NCBI GenBank assembly: GCA_049294435.1
Contig: JBAQCU010000020.1
Location: 79,110 to 125,310 of the forward strand
DNA: 46,201 bases
Origin: Minisyncoccia bacterium
GTDB taxonomy: Bacteria > Patescibacteriota > Minisyncoccia > Phycocordibacterales > UBA1550
Direction of reading: 5' to 3'
Shown here piece after piece: positions 37,055 to 44,976 of this stretch. Numbering within the stretch: the stretch's first letter is position 1; each line of letters starts with the position of its first letter. The notes beneath the pieces were generated by a model. That model was given only the letters and a program-made list of their open reading frames with translations. It was not told where the DNA came from and did no database searches. The translations under genes were made by a program, and so were the position numbers.

Positions 37055-37120
37055 GAAGATCGTCATCAAAAGCCACGTCTTGCGCACATTTTTATCTTGC
37101 TGGGTGTAAAGGGTTGCCAT
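37055..37120 (-). pseudogene. Fossil copy C of the htpX 5' end (22 codons)
   Basis: MATLYTQQDKNVRKTWLLMTIF, versus MTLYTHQDKNVRKTWFLMTIF for functional htpX. It then diverges to RVGLSN*. Confidence 0.7.
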
Positions 37121-37150
37121 ATCGCTAATATTTTTTATCTTACCATGCCT

Positions 37151-37185
37151 AATCAAAAAACACGCGCAAAGCGTGTTTTTTGATT
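37151..37185. terminator. Bidirectional terminator after the DUF805 gene
   Basis: aatcaaaaaacacgc gcaaa gcgtgttttttgatt. Confidence 0.75.
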
Positions 37186-37198
37186 GTTATAGAATCTT

Positions 37199-37585
37199 TT
37201 AGCACAAGTGCCCCTCTAGGCCAATTACTGTTCCTTTTGGATTCTGGCCATACTGATTATCAGTAGGATCACTATCCATCACTAAAAAGACAATCCATAC
37301 AATAAAGCCAACAAGTGGAACTAATATAATGAGGAGCCACCACCCACTGTGATTAGTATCATGGAATCTTCTTACTGTCACTGCTAGACTAGGAATATAC
37401 AGTGCTAAAGCATAAAGCAAAGCGACGACAAAGACTACAATCTCCGAAACACCAAAAAGGTCGAGGAAACTAATTGCAACAGTAATAAGTACGTTAAACA
37501 ACGTAAAATACCAATACTCTGATCGTGTAGCTCTCCCGCTAAACACTGCGTACTTTTTCAAAACACCTAAATAATAATTCATCAT
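37199..37585 (-). CDS. DUF805-family inner membrane protein
   Basis: GRATRSEYWYFTLFNVLI...RRFHDTNHSGWWLLI. Characteristic DUF805 motifs. Confidence 0.8.
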   Translation of the reverse strand: MMNYYLGVLKKYAVFSGRATRSEYWYFTLFNVLITVAISFLDLFGVSEIVVFVVALLYALALYIPSLAVTVRRFHDTNHSGWWLLIILVPLVGFIVWIVFLVMDSDPTDNQYGQNPKGTVIGLEGHLC

Positions 37586-37681
37586 ATTTATATTAAGCTC
37601 TGTACTTATGCTCTGTTAATTAAGAACGATTATATTGTCGCATAGTGAGGTAAGGGAGTCAATGCGTACCATTTTTAAATG

Positions 37682-38185
37682 CTACCCAATATTTATTTGA
37701 ACATGTTTTCTCATGTCTATTGTCCCAGAAATATCCAAGGTTGCATTGAGTGTCCAGTCTATGCGTGCATTAGGAATACCTATCCCAATACCTGTACCGG
37801 CAAGACTATCGAGCATGCCACCAATATTTACTCCGCCAATACTTGCCTTAGCAAGAATGCTTTGACCTTGTGTTTGTGGTAAAACATTTACGGGAATGAT
37901 TATCTCAAAAGGATACTGTGCCTCAGCGTACTCCTTTTGCCCATCCAAAGGAAGCTCGAACTGATATATTGTGACTTTATCTTGTGATTGATAGCTGCTC
38001 CCTTTAGAGTCAGTACGCCATGTTGTTGATATCTTCTCGCCCTTTAGCGAAATAGAAAATTTATTTGCCTGTGTTGGCTTTTTCAATTTCAAAGAAACCG
38101 TTCCACGTATTGTCTCTCCTGGGTGATAATTATATTGTTCTGGCGTAATGACAATGTCTCCCCTGCTGAATAATCCAAATAGCAT
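37682..38185 (-). CDS. Hypothetical beta-sandwich protein, possibly arrestin/Spo0M-like
   Basis: 167 aa. PGETIRGTVSLKLKKPTQANKFSISLKGEK resembles arrestin-N/Spo0M-type sequences. Co-oriented directly downstream of lemA. The assignment is weak. Confidence 0.5.
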   Translation of the reverse strand: MLFGLFSRGDIVITPEQYNYHPGETIRGTVSLKLKKPTQANKFSISLKGEKISTTWRTDSKGSSYQSQDKVTIYQFELPLDGQKEYAEAQYPFEIIIPVNVLPQTQGQSILAKASIGGVNIGGMLDSLAGTGIGIGIPNARIDWTLNATLDISGTIDMRKHVQINIG

Positions 38186-38205
38186 TTTATTTTATTAGTT
38201 AGTAT

Positions 38206-38787
38206 TTAGAACTTGACTGCTACTGGCTCACGAGCAGCCTCGTTGTCGAGCTCGAAGAATTCTTGTTTAATAAACTTAAACATTCCAGCAATCATATTTC
38301 CTGGGAATGATTCGATGGCGATGTTGAGGTCACGCACGTTGCCGTTGTAGAAGCGGCGTGATGCTTGGATCTTGTTTTCAGTATCTGCAAGTTCTGCCTG
38401 AAGTGAAAGGAAGTTTTGGTTTGCTTTTAGATCTGGGTACGCCTCTGCTACTGCAAGAAGTTTACCGAGTGACTGACCGAGAGATGCTTCTGCTCCGGAC
38501 ATTGCTACAATTTGTTCAGCGGTGATATTACTTGGGTCAATATGTACCTGTGTTGCCTTTGCACGCGCCTCTGTGACTGCTTCAAAAACTCCGCTTTCGT
38601 GCTTTGCATATCCCTTTACTGTTTCTATAAGGTTGGGGATAAGGTCATAGCGGCGCTTGAGCTGAACGTCGATATCTGCCCATGCCTCCTTGGTGCGATT
38701 TACCAAACTAACAAAACTGTTGTAAGCAAAAATAGCCCACAAAATGATAACTGCCAGAACCCCTAAAATAATGTATGTTGGTGTCAT
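38206..38787 (-). CDS. lemA: LemA family membrane protein
   Basis: N-terminal TM, then NSFVSLVNRTKEAWADIDVQLKRRYDLIPNLIETVKGYAKHE. Confidence 0.9.
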   Translation of the reverse strand: MTPTYIILGVLAVIILWAIFAYNSFVSLVNRTKEAWADIDVQLKRRYDLIPNLIETVKGYAKHESGVFEAVTEARAKATQVHIDPSNITAEQIVAMSGAEASLGQSLGKLLAVAEAYPDLKANQNFLSLQAELADTENKIQASRRFYNGNVRDLNIAIESFPGNMIAGMFKFIKQEFFELDNEAAREPVAVKF

Positions 38788-38964
38788 GTTATATATTTAA
38801 ACTATTAATCTGATTGCCATATTATAGCATAGAATTCAACCAAAAATACAAATTACTATTCCCATCTTGTCTTCATCTTGCCTTCTTTCAAAATACAGAA
38901 GATTGTTGTAGTATCAATGTCGGAAAGTTGCACCATTAAATAACCTAAACAACTGGGAGGAATA

Positions 38965-39246
38965 ATGACCTATCTTTGCGTTGTAACTCGCTACAAAACC
39001 ACCTGTTCCAAAAAACCTGGGATTACGCATGTCTCACTAGACAAACAAAATGGTTATTGCCCGATATGCCACAGACCGCTACATATGAAAGGTAATTGCG
39101 CAGTAACCAATGAAATGACCGGCGCGCAAACACCTAAAATAGCTAAAAAGGACGGGCCAAACATATGTGGTCCATCAGAACCACGAGATATGTCGCTAAA
39201 AAATGCGCGCAAAGACACGCATACACAAACTAAAAAATTTGAATGA
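38965..39246 (+). CDS. Small basic hypothetical protein with a CxxC...C motif
   Basis: 93 aa with SD GGGAGGAATA before the ATG and a terminator downstream. No family recognised. Confidence 0.45.
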   Translation: MTYLCVVTRYKTTCSKKPGITHVSLDKQNGYCPICHRPLHMKGNCAVTNEMTGAQTPKIAKKDGPNICGPSEPRDMSLKNARKDTHTQTKKFE

Positions 39247-39271
39247 GGACTAATTGACCCCGTTGACATAA

Positions 39272-39310
39272 GAAAGGGCAAGCGGTTACGCTTGCCCTTT
39301 TTCTTTTTCT
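39272..39310 (+). terminator. Intrinsic terminator
   Basis: aagggcaagcg gtta cgcttgccctt tttcttttt. Confidence 0.75.
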
Positions 39311-39354
39311 CGCTATCGTTGCAAAAATTATTATTTTCTGCTATATTTAAATCT

Positions 39355-39588
39355 ATGGAATTTCTGGTTACGGTTCTGCCTTGGTTGCAGATTATCCTCT
39401 CTATCATTCTCGCTGCGGCGATTCTCCTCCAGCAAACTGGGGCAGGAGTTGGTGGTGCGTTTGGCGGTGGTGACGATTCAATTCGTTACACGCGAAGAGG
39501 GATGGAGAAGGTGCTTTTTTACACCTCAATTGTCGTTGCAATTTTGTTCGCTCTTTCAGCGTTCGCAATGCTCATTATCCGCGCCTAG
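39355..39588 (+). CDS. secG: Preprotein translocase subunit SecG
   Basis: 77 aa from MEFLVTVLPWLQIILSIILAAAILLQQTGAGVGGAFGGG. The ORF-track extension overlaps the upstream terminator. Confidence 0.75.
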   Translation: MEFLVTVLPWLQIILSIILAAAILLQQTGAGVGGAFGGGDDSIRYTRRGMEKVLFYTSIVVAILFALSAFAMLIIRA

Positions 39589-39656
39589 GCAATATAGCCA
39601 TACAGTACATTCAATATTTTGTTGTGAAGCAATTTCTTTCAGATTTTTCTCAAAAA

Positions 39657-41405
39657 ATGAATTCTCGTTTCTCCTTTCCGCTTGAAGGGCGTTTTGCTCT
39701 TGCTCTCAAAGGATTTTCGCATCGTGAAAACCAAATCTTTTTTACAGCAATTGGGGTTCTTGTAGGCACTGCAATTGTTCTGTTAGCAGGAGTAAACTAT
39801 TCATTTACTGTAAAAGTTCCGGCGGATGGTGGCACCATTGTAGAAGGAGTTCTGAACACGCCGGCGCACATCAATCCTCTTCTCGCCACATCCGAGGTTG
39901 GCACCGAGGCAGACCGCGACTTATCAGCGCTTATTTACTCTGGACTTCTTCGAGCAGATGGTAAAAGCGGGTTCATCCCTGATCTTGCAGAAAGATACGA
40001 TGTTTCATCAAACGGACTTGTATATACATTTATACTGAAGGATAATCTTATTTGGCACGACGGAAAAAAGATTACTGCGAATGATGTTGTATTTACCGTA
40101 AAAACCGCCCAAGACGGTCGCATAAAGAGCCCAAAACGAGCGTCATGGGATGGTGTGGATGTGTTGTTAGTGGACGATTTGACTGTGCGTTTTACTTTAA
40201 AAAAACCTTACGCGCCATTTATTGAAAACACAACGATGGGGATTCTTCCTGAGCACATCTGGAAAACGATTGACTACAATCGTTTTGACACAAACAAATA
40301 CAACCGAGAGCCTATTGGTTCTGGCCCTTACAAATTTAACAAGATTGAAACGGTCATAAAAGACGGTGACGAGCTTCCTGTTTCGTACACTTTAAAATCA
40401 TTCAGTAATTTTGCTTTAGGTAAACCGCACATAAACACCGTAAAATTTGTTTTTTTCAAAAGCGAAGAGGCTCTTGTGCAAGCTGTAAAGGCTGGATCTA
40501 TCGGAGCAATAAATTCTATCTCGCCTGAAAGCGCAAAGAAACTTGATGCGCTTGGTTACAATATAGAACGCACACCGCTCCCGCGCGTGCTTGCGGTTTT
40601 CTTTAATCAAACTGAACAAACAATCTTTGCAGACCCATCTGTGCGCAAAGCGCTTACTCTAGCCGTTGATAAAAAAAGGATTGTAGATAGCGTTCTTTCA
40701 GGATACGGAGTCCTACTCGATTCCCCTCTTCCTCCTGGGACTGTCGGGTACAAAGTTGCGAATACAGAGAAAACTCATGAAGAGAATTTGGTGTCTGCGC
40801 GCGAAATTCTCGAAAAAGCTTCATGGAAGTTTGCATCCACCACTAACTCGTGGACAAAAAAAATAAAAAATGAAACGCAAACAATTCGTTTTGACCTTGC
40901 CACATCAGAAGCGATCGAACTGAAGACTGTCGCAAACGAACTCAAATCCTCGTGGGGGGAACTTGGGGTTGAGGTCAACGTGCATATCTTTGCCACTGGC
41001 GATTTGAAAGAAACCATCGTACGACCACGAAAGTTTGAGGCGCTTTTCTTTGGGCAAGTGCTCGGACAGGGCGGTGACCCGTATCCTTTCTGGCACTCAA
41101 GTCAGCGACTGGACCCAGGCCTCAATGTTGCTTCGTATGTGAATACTAAGGTGGATAAAATCTTAGATGATGCTCGCGCCGAAACCAGCGCCGAGAAACG
41201 CAAAAAATTATACAGCTCTTTTAATGACGAGATTTCAAAAGACATGCCCGCAATTTTTATGTATGCGCCAGAATTTTTATATGTAGTGCCAAAAGAGGTT
41301 CAAGGATTTTCTATTGGCACAATTACTGCACCCGCAGAACGTTTTTTAAATATTTATGAATGGTACATCAACACCGATAACGTGTGGAAGATATTTGTAA
41401 AATGA
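39657..41405 (+). CDS. Family-5 ABC transporter substrate-binding protein (peptide/nickel type), membrane-anchored, orphan
   Basis: YTFILKDNLIWHDGKKITANDVVFTVK and overall SBP_bac_5-like sequence. I prefer ATG 39657 over GTG 39624. No permease or ATPase genes are nearby. Confidence 0.8.
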   Translation: MNSRFSFPLEGRFALALKGFSHRENQIFFTAIGVLVGTAIVLLAGVNYSFTVKVPADGGTIVEGVLNTPAHINPLLATSEVGTEADRDLSALIYSGLLRADGKSGFIPDLAERYDVSSNGLVYTFILKDNLIWHDGKKITANDVVFTVKTAQDGRIKSPKRASWDGVDVLLVDDLTVRFTLKKPYAPFIENTTMGILPEHIWKTIDYNRFDTNKYNREPIGSGPYKFNKIETVIKDGDELPVSYTLKSFSNFALGKPHINTVKFVFFKSEEALVQAVKAGSIGAINSISPESAKKLDALGYNIERTPLPRVLAVFFNQTEQTIFADPSVRKALTLAVDKKRIVDSVLSGYGVLLDSPLPPGTVGYKVANTEKTHEENLVSAREILEKASWKFASTTNSWTKKIKNETQTIRFDLATSEAIELKTVANELKSSWGELGVEVNVHIFATGDLKETIVRPRKFEALFFGQVLGQGGDPYPFWHSSQRLDPGLNVASYVNTKVDKILDDARAETSAEKRKKLYSSFNDEISKDMPAIFMYAPEFLYVVPKEVQGFSIGTITAPAERFLNIYEWYINTDNVWKIFVK

Positions 41406-41540
41406 ATTCAATATATAAAATTTAAATTTTTTAAATAATTCCTAATTTTCAAGATTCTGAAATTGGGATTTGTTTAGAAATTTGAAATTAAAAATCAGAA
41501 ATTTCACTAAATTATAAGATTTAATAAGCAACAAAATAAA

Positions 41541-43604
41541 ATGACAGATGAACAACCTAAAAAAATAGATGACAGCAACATTGGCAGGGAAAACAAAGGT
41601 GGATACAGCGCGCGCCGTTTCCCACGCAAGGACAGTAGTGCGCGTGGACCAAGAAGCGCTGTGAACCGCTCTGCAGCTCGTGGCTACTCGCGCGGTGGCG
41701 CATCGCGTCCACAAGGAACACACGGCGGAGCGTCCGCTACATCCGGTGCTCCACGAACACATAGCGGAGCGAAAACGCAAGGGGGTTTCCGTGGTTCACG
41801 TGGGCCTATGGCAGAACGCACATCAACTCGCATCAAACACTCGACAGGTCGCGAAAAGGCGGACGCTCGTCGTATGATGGCTCCGTATCCTTCAAAAGAT
41901 GGAGAGAATTCAATTATTCCACCACTCAAAGATGGAGACATTCGTGTTATCGCGCTCGGTGGCGTAGAGGAAATCGGACGAAATATGACAATGGTTGAGT
42001 ATAAAGACTCAATTGTTATCATTGATGCTGGTTTACAATTTCGTGAGGAAAATACTCCTGGTGTAGATTATATTTTAGCTAATACAAAGTATCTTGAGGA
42101 CCGCAAACATAAAGTGAAGTCGGTAATGATTACGCACGGACACCTCGACCACACTGGAGGTATCCCCTACCTTATGGGCAAAATTGGGAACCCTCCGCTT
42201 TACACCCGCAATCTCACTGCGCTTATGATTGGAAAGCGTCAGGAAGAATTCTCGCATCTTCCTCCGCTAGATCTTCGCATTGTTGAAAAAAATGACCGTG
42301 TTACTATGGGTGATTTCAAAGTGCGTTTCTTTGCTGTAACACACACCATACCAGATGCTATGGGTATAATCATTGAGACTCCGTACGGAAACATTGTCCA
42401 CACAGGCGACCTCAAGCTTGACCACGTAGACGGCGTGCCAACGATGGAAGAGGAGGACGAGTTTGATGACATTAAGAAAAATGCGCCTACACTTCTTCTT
42501 ATGGCAGATTCTACAAACGTAGAACGCCCTGGTTTTTCTTTTCCAGAACGTACGGTGCTAAAAAATATTGAAGACATAATTCGCAACACAGAAGGACGAA
42601 TAATTGTTGCAACATTCGCTTCGCTCCTCGAGCGTCTAGTAAAGATTATTGACGTTGCAGAAGTTCTTGGCAAAAAAATCGTGCTGGACGGACGCAGTAT
42701 GAAGAACAACGTTGACATCGCGCGTCAGTCGGGTCTTCTTAAGGCAAAGTTTGAGACGTTTATTCCAATTGAAGATATGGAAAAATATCCACCCGACCGC
42801 GTCATTCTTCTTGTGACAGGAGCACAGGGTGATGAATTTGCATCTCTTATGCGCGCAGCAAACAAAGCTCACAAATATTTGAAGATTAATAAACGCGATA
42901 CTGTCCTTCTTTCGTCATCAACAGTTCCTGGCAATGAACGTAGTGTTCAAAAACTCAAAGACAATCTTTCTCGCCAAGGGGCGCATCTTATTCACTACGA
43001 AAATGCAAAGGTGCACTCTTCGGGTCACGCGCATCACGACGAATCTCTTTGGATTCACAAGCGTCTCGCTTCGCGTTTCTTTATGCCCGTTCACGGATAC
43101 CACTACATGCTCCGCGTGCACGCTGACATCGCGCGCGAAGCAGGGCTCCCAGACGAGAACATAATCATTCCAGACAATGGCATGATTATAGAAATTCAGG
43201 AAGAGGGCAAGAAAATTGTATCGCTAAAGGAAACTGCTCCTCACAGCCTGGTGCTTGTAGACGGATTTTCTGTTGGTGATATGCAAGAAGTGGTTCTCCG
43301 TGACCGCCAGATGCTTTCTCAAGACGGTATCTTTGTAGTCATCGCTACACTTGATACTTCAACAGGAAAGGTAACCAAATCACCAGATGTGATTTCGCGC
43401 GGATTCGTGTATCTACGCGAGTCGCAAGACCTTCTTCGCAACGCGCGATTTCTCACAAAAAAGACCGTGGAGGATATGGCTGGTGGTTCAAAGCAAATTG
43501 ACTTTGATTACATAAAAGACCACGTGACCGACGCCGTCGCACGCCTCCTCTTTCAAGAGACTGCCAAACGCCCAATCGTGATTCCAGTGATACTGTCGGT
43601 ATAA
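41541..43604 (+). CDS. rnj: Ribonuclease J with an Arg/Gly/Ser-rich N-terminal extension
   Basis: 687 aa with the metallo-beta-lactamase motif ITHGHLDHTGG, beta-CASP and HSSGHA. The first ~130 aa are basic and low-complexity. Confidence 0.93.
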   Translation: MTDEQPKKIDDSNIGRENKGGYSARRFPRKDSSARGPRSAVNRSAARGYSRGGASRPQGTHGGASATSGAPRTHSGAKTQGGFRGSRGPMAERTSTRIKHSTGREKADARRMMAPYPSKDGENSIIPPLKDGDIRVIALGGVEEIGRNMTMVEYKDSIVIIDAGLQFREENTPGVDYILANTKYLEDRKHKVKSVMITHGHLDHTGGIPYLMGKIGNPPLYTRNLTALMIGKRQEEFSHLPPLDLRIVEKNDRVTMGDFKVRFFAVTHTIPDAMGIIIETPYGNIVHTGDLKLDHVDGVPTMEEEDEFDDIKKNAPTLLLMADSTNVERPGFSFPERTVLKNIEDIIRNTEGRIIVATFASLLERLVKIIDVAEVLGKKIVLDGRSMKNNVDIARQSGLLKAKFETFIPIEDMEKYPPDRVILLVTGAQGDEFASLMRAANKAHKYLKINKRDTVLLSSSTVPGNERSVQKLKDNLSRQGAHLIHYENAKVHSSGHAHHDESLWIHKRLASRFFMPVHGYHYMLRVHADIAREAGLPDENIIIPDNGMIIEIQEEGKKIVSLKETAPHSLVLVDGFSVGDMQEVVLRDRQMLSQDGIFVVIATLDTSTGKVTKSPDVISRGFVYLRESQDLLRNARFLTKKTVEDMAGGSKQIDFDYIKDHVTDAVARLLFQETAKRPIVIPVILSV

Positions 43605-43720
43605 AGACCACTCGGGAGCCGTCTTGTGCGGTGCACGCATAATTTTCTACTGAAAATTTGCTCCGCTCGGCTCGCCAGCCTGCGCAAGGCACCGCACAAG
43701 AGGCATCCCTCGCTCTGAGG

Positions 43721-43768
43721 AAAAACCAAAACCGCACCGTTTATGCAAACGGTGCGGTTTTGGTTTTT
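43721..43768. terminator. Bidirectional terminator (22 bp stem)
   Basis: aaaaaccaaaaccgcaccgttt atgc aaacggtgcggttttggttttt. Confidence 0.85.
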
Positions 43769-43771
43769 AAG

Positions 43772-44332
43772 CTACTTGCGAACGACAGGGAAGTAGCAAC
43801 AATTCCCAGCGCCCCAGTTATCGACCCAGTGGTTGGCGCCCAAGACGCGCCCACGGCTGTCGTAGCCAATGACCGGAGTGCGCGGGCTGCCGACCAGCGT
43901 GTGTTTTGTTCCGAGTCCGATAAAGAGATCTTGCTTTTGATGTGAGGGATTGGCAATACCATACTGGATGAGTTCCTCGTAGGTAAGGGGGCGGACACCG
44001 AGAGCATCCATTTCCGCAAGCGCCTCGTCGCTTCCGATAGTTTTTCCAAAGTCAATAATCATCACGTCGAGCTTTTCAGGGCTTGGTGTGGCGTAGGGCA
44101 TGTTCTTTTCGAGATCGTCCCATATATATGTCTTGCCACCACTTGTACGATACTCTGCCAACGCTTCTTCTTTACTAAGCGGGCGCATGGTGAGCTCGTG
44201 GACTCCTTTGCCTTCGAAGGAAGTGTCGAGATAGCCAGCCTCCTTGAGTCGCGCAACCGTCTCGGCGAGCTCTGGTGAAACTGCTGACTCATTTTTTTGC
44301 TGTTGTGGCATCTGTTCTGGCATTTTGTCCAT
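43772..44332 (-). CDS. Hypothetical protein in a visibly GC-richer segment
   Basis: 186 aa ORF bounded by a terminator. No family recognised. Confidence 0.6.
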   Translation of the reverse strand: MDKMPEQMPQQQKNESAVSPELAETVARLKEAGYLDTSFEGKGVHELTMRPLSKEEALAEYRTSGGKTYIWDDLEKNMPYATPSPEKLDVMIIDFGKTIGSDEALAEMDALGVRPLTYEELIQYGIANPSHQKQDLFIGLGTKHTLVGSPRTPVIGYDSRGRVLGANHWVDNWGAGNCCYFPVVRK

Positions 44333-44379
44333 AATATTTTCCTATTGATTATCCCCTGCTGACTAATACCTGTATTCTA

Positions 44380-44389
44380 CCCCCCCCCC
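44380..44389. repeat. C10/G10 homopolymer tract in a divergent promoter region
   Basis: tgtattctaCCCCCCCCCCtacaac, 48 nt upstream of the 44332 start codon. Confidence 0.9.
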
Positions 44390-44476
44390 TACAACACTTG
44401 TCAACGACAAGTGTTCGGGCGATTTAAAAAACAATCCAAGTACTGTCACATGGCAGTGCTTTTACTTAATTTGAAT

Positions 44477-44505
44477 TTGCTGGAACATCGCAAGTTTGTT
44501 ACAAT
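44477..44505 (+). promoter_or_regulatory. Extended -10 promoter for hicB-hicA (second pair)
   Basis: TTGCTG, 17 nt spacer ending in TGt, TACAAT (44500-44505). Only 6 nt separate it from the ATG. Confidence 0.5.
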
Positions 44506-44511
44506 AAAAAT

Positions 44512-44775
44512 ATGAAGAAATCGCAAGAACTCCAATTCAATATTATGTTTCGCCCTGAGCCTGAGGGTGGTTTCACTGCAATTGTTCCATCCCTACCTGG
44601 ATGTATTTCGTATGGGAAAGATTTAAAAACAGCAAAAAAAGAAATCATTGACGCAATTCGCGGTTATATCGCATCTGTCAAAAAACATAAAGGGAAAGTT
44701 ACTCACGATGCAGAAAGTTTTATGAGCTCTGTTCGGTTTTCACCAACTAGTACCCGAACAAGACAGCATGCCTAA
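44512..44775 (+). CDS. hicB: HicB-family antitoxin (second pair)
   Basis: FNIMFRPEPEGGFTAIVPSLPGCISYGKDLKTAKKEIIDAIRGYI. Typical HicB/UPF0150 N-domain. Confidence 0.8.
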   Translation: MKKSQELQFNIMFRPEPEGGFTAIVPSLPGCISYGKDLKTAKKEIIDAIRGYIASVKKHKGKVTHDAESFMSSVRFSPTSTRTRQHA

Positions 44776-44971
44776 GCTCCCCTCCATTACATCAAAGAAA
44801 CTTCTAAAAATGCTCGCGCAGGTAGAATTTGAAGTTGACCACACCACAGGTAGTCACTACATTTTATACAGAGCAAAAGATAATGCGCGGGTAACCGTCC
44901 CCTTCCACTCTAAAGATATTCCAAAAGGAACACTTTATACAATCATGAAATCTGCTGGACTTCTTGAATAA
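44768..44971 (+). CDS. hicA: HicA-family mRNA interferase toxin (second pair)
   Basis: MPKLPSITSKKLLKMLAQVEFEVDHTTGSHYILYR.. Has an 8 nt overlap with hicB. Confidence 0.85.
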   Translation: MPKLPSITSKKLLKMLAQVEFEVDHTTGSHYILYRAKDNARVTVPFHSKDIPKGTLYTIMKSAGLLE

Positions 44972-44976
44972 AAAAC

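Noticed and set aside
39054-39407. 117-aa minus-strand ORF
   Set aside because: It is antisense to the 38965 ORF, crosses an intrinsic terminator and overlaps the secG start. The plus-strand features explain the region better.
41442-42022. Two minus-strand ORFs (41442-41780 and 41684-42022) opposite the start of rnj
   Set aside because: They are products of the GC-rich, Arg/Gly-coding N-terminal extension of rnj read antisense. The first one also starts in the AT-rich promoter region. Nothing supports them independently.
43453-43945. ORFs 43453-43737 (minus) and 43658-43945 (plus)
   Set aside because: Both run across the strong bidirectional terminator and the GC-rich spacer, and they overlap rnj or the 43772 gene. 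They are GC-driven spurious ORFs.
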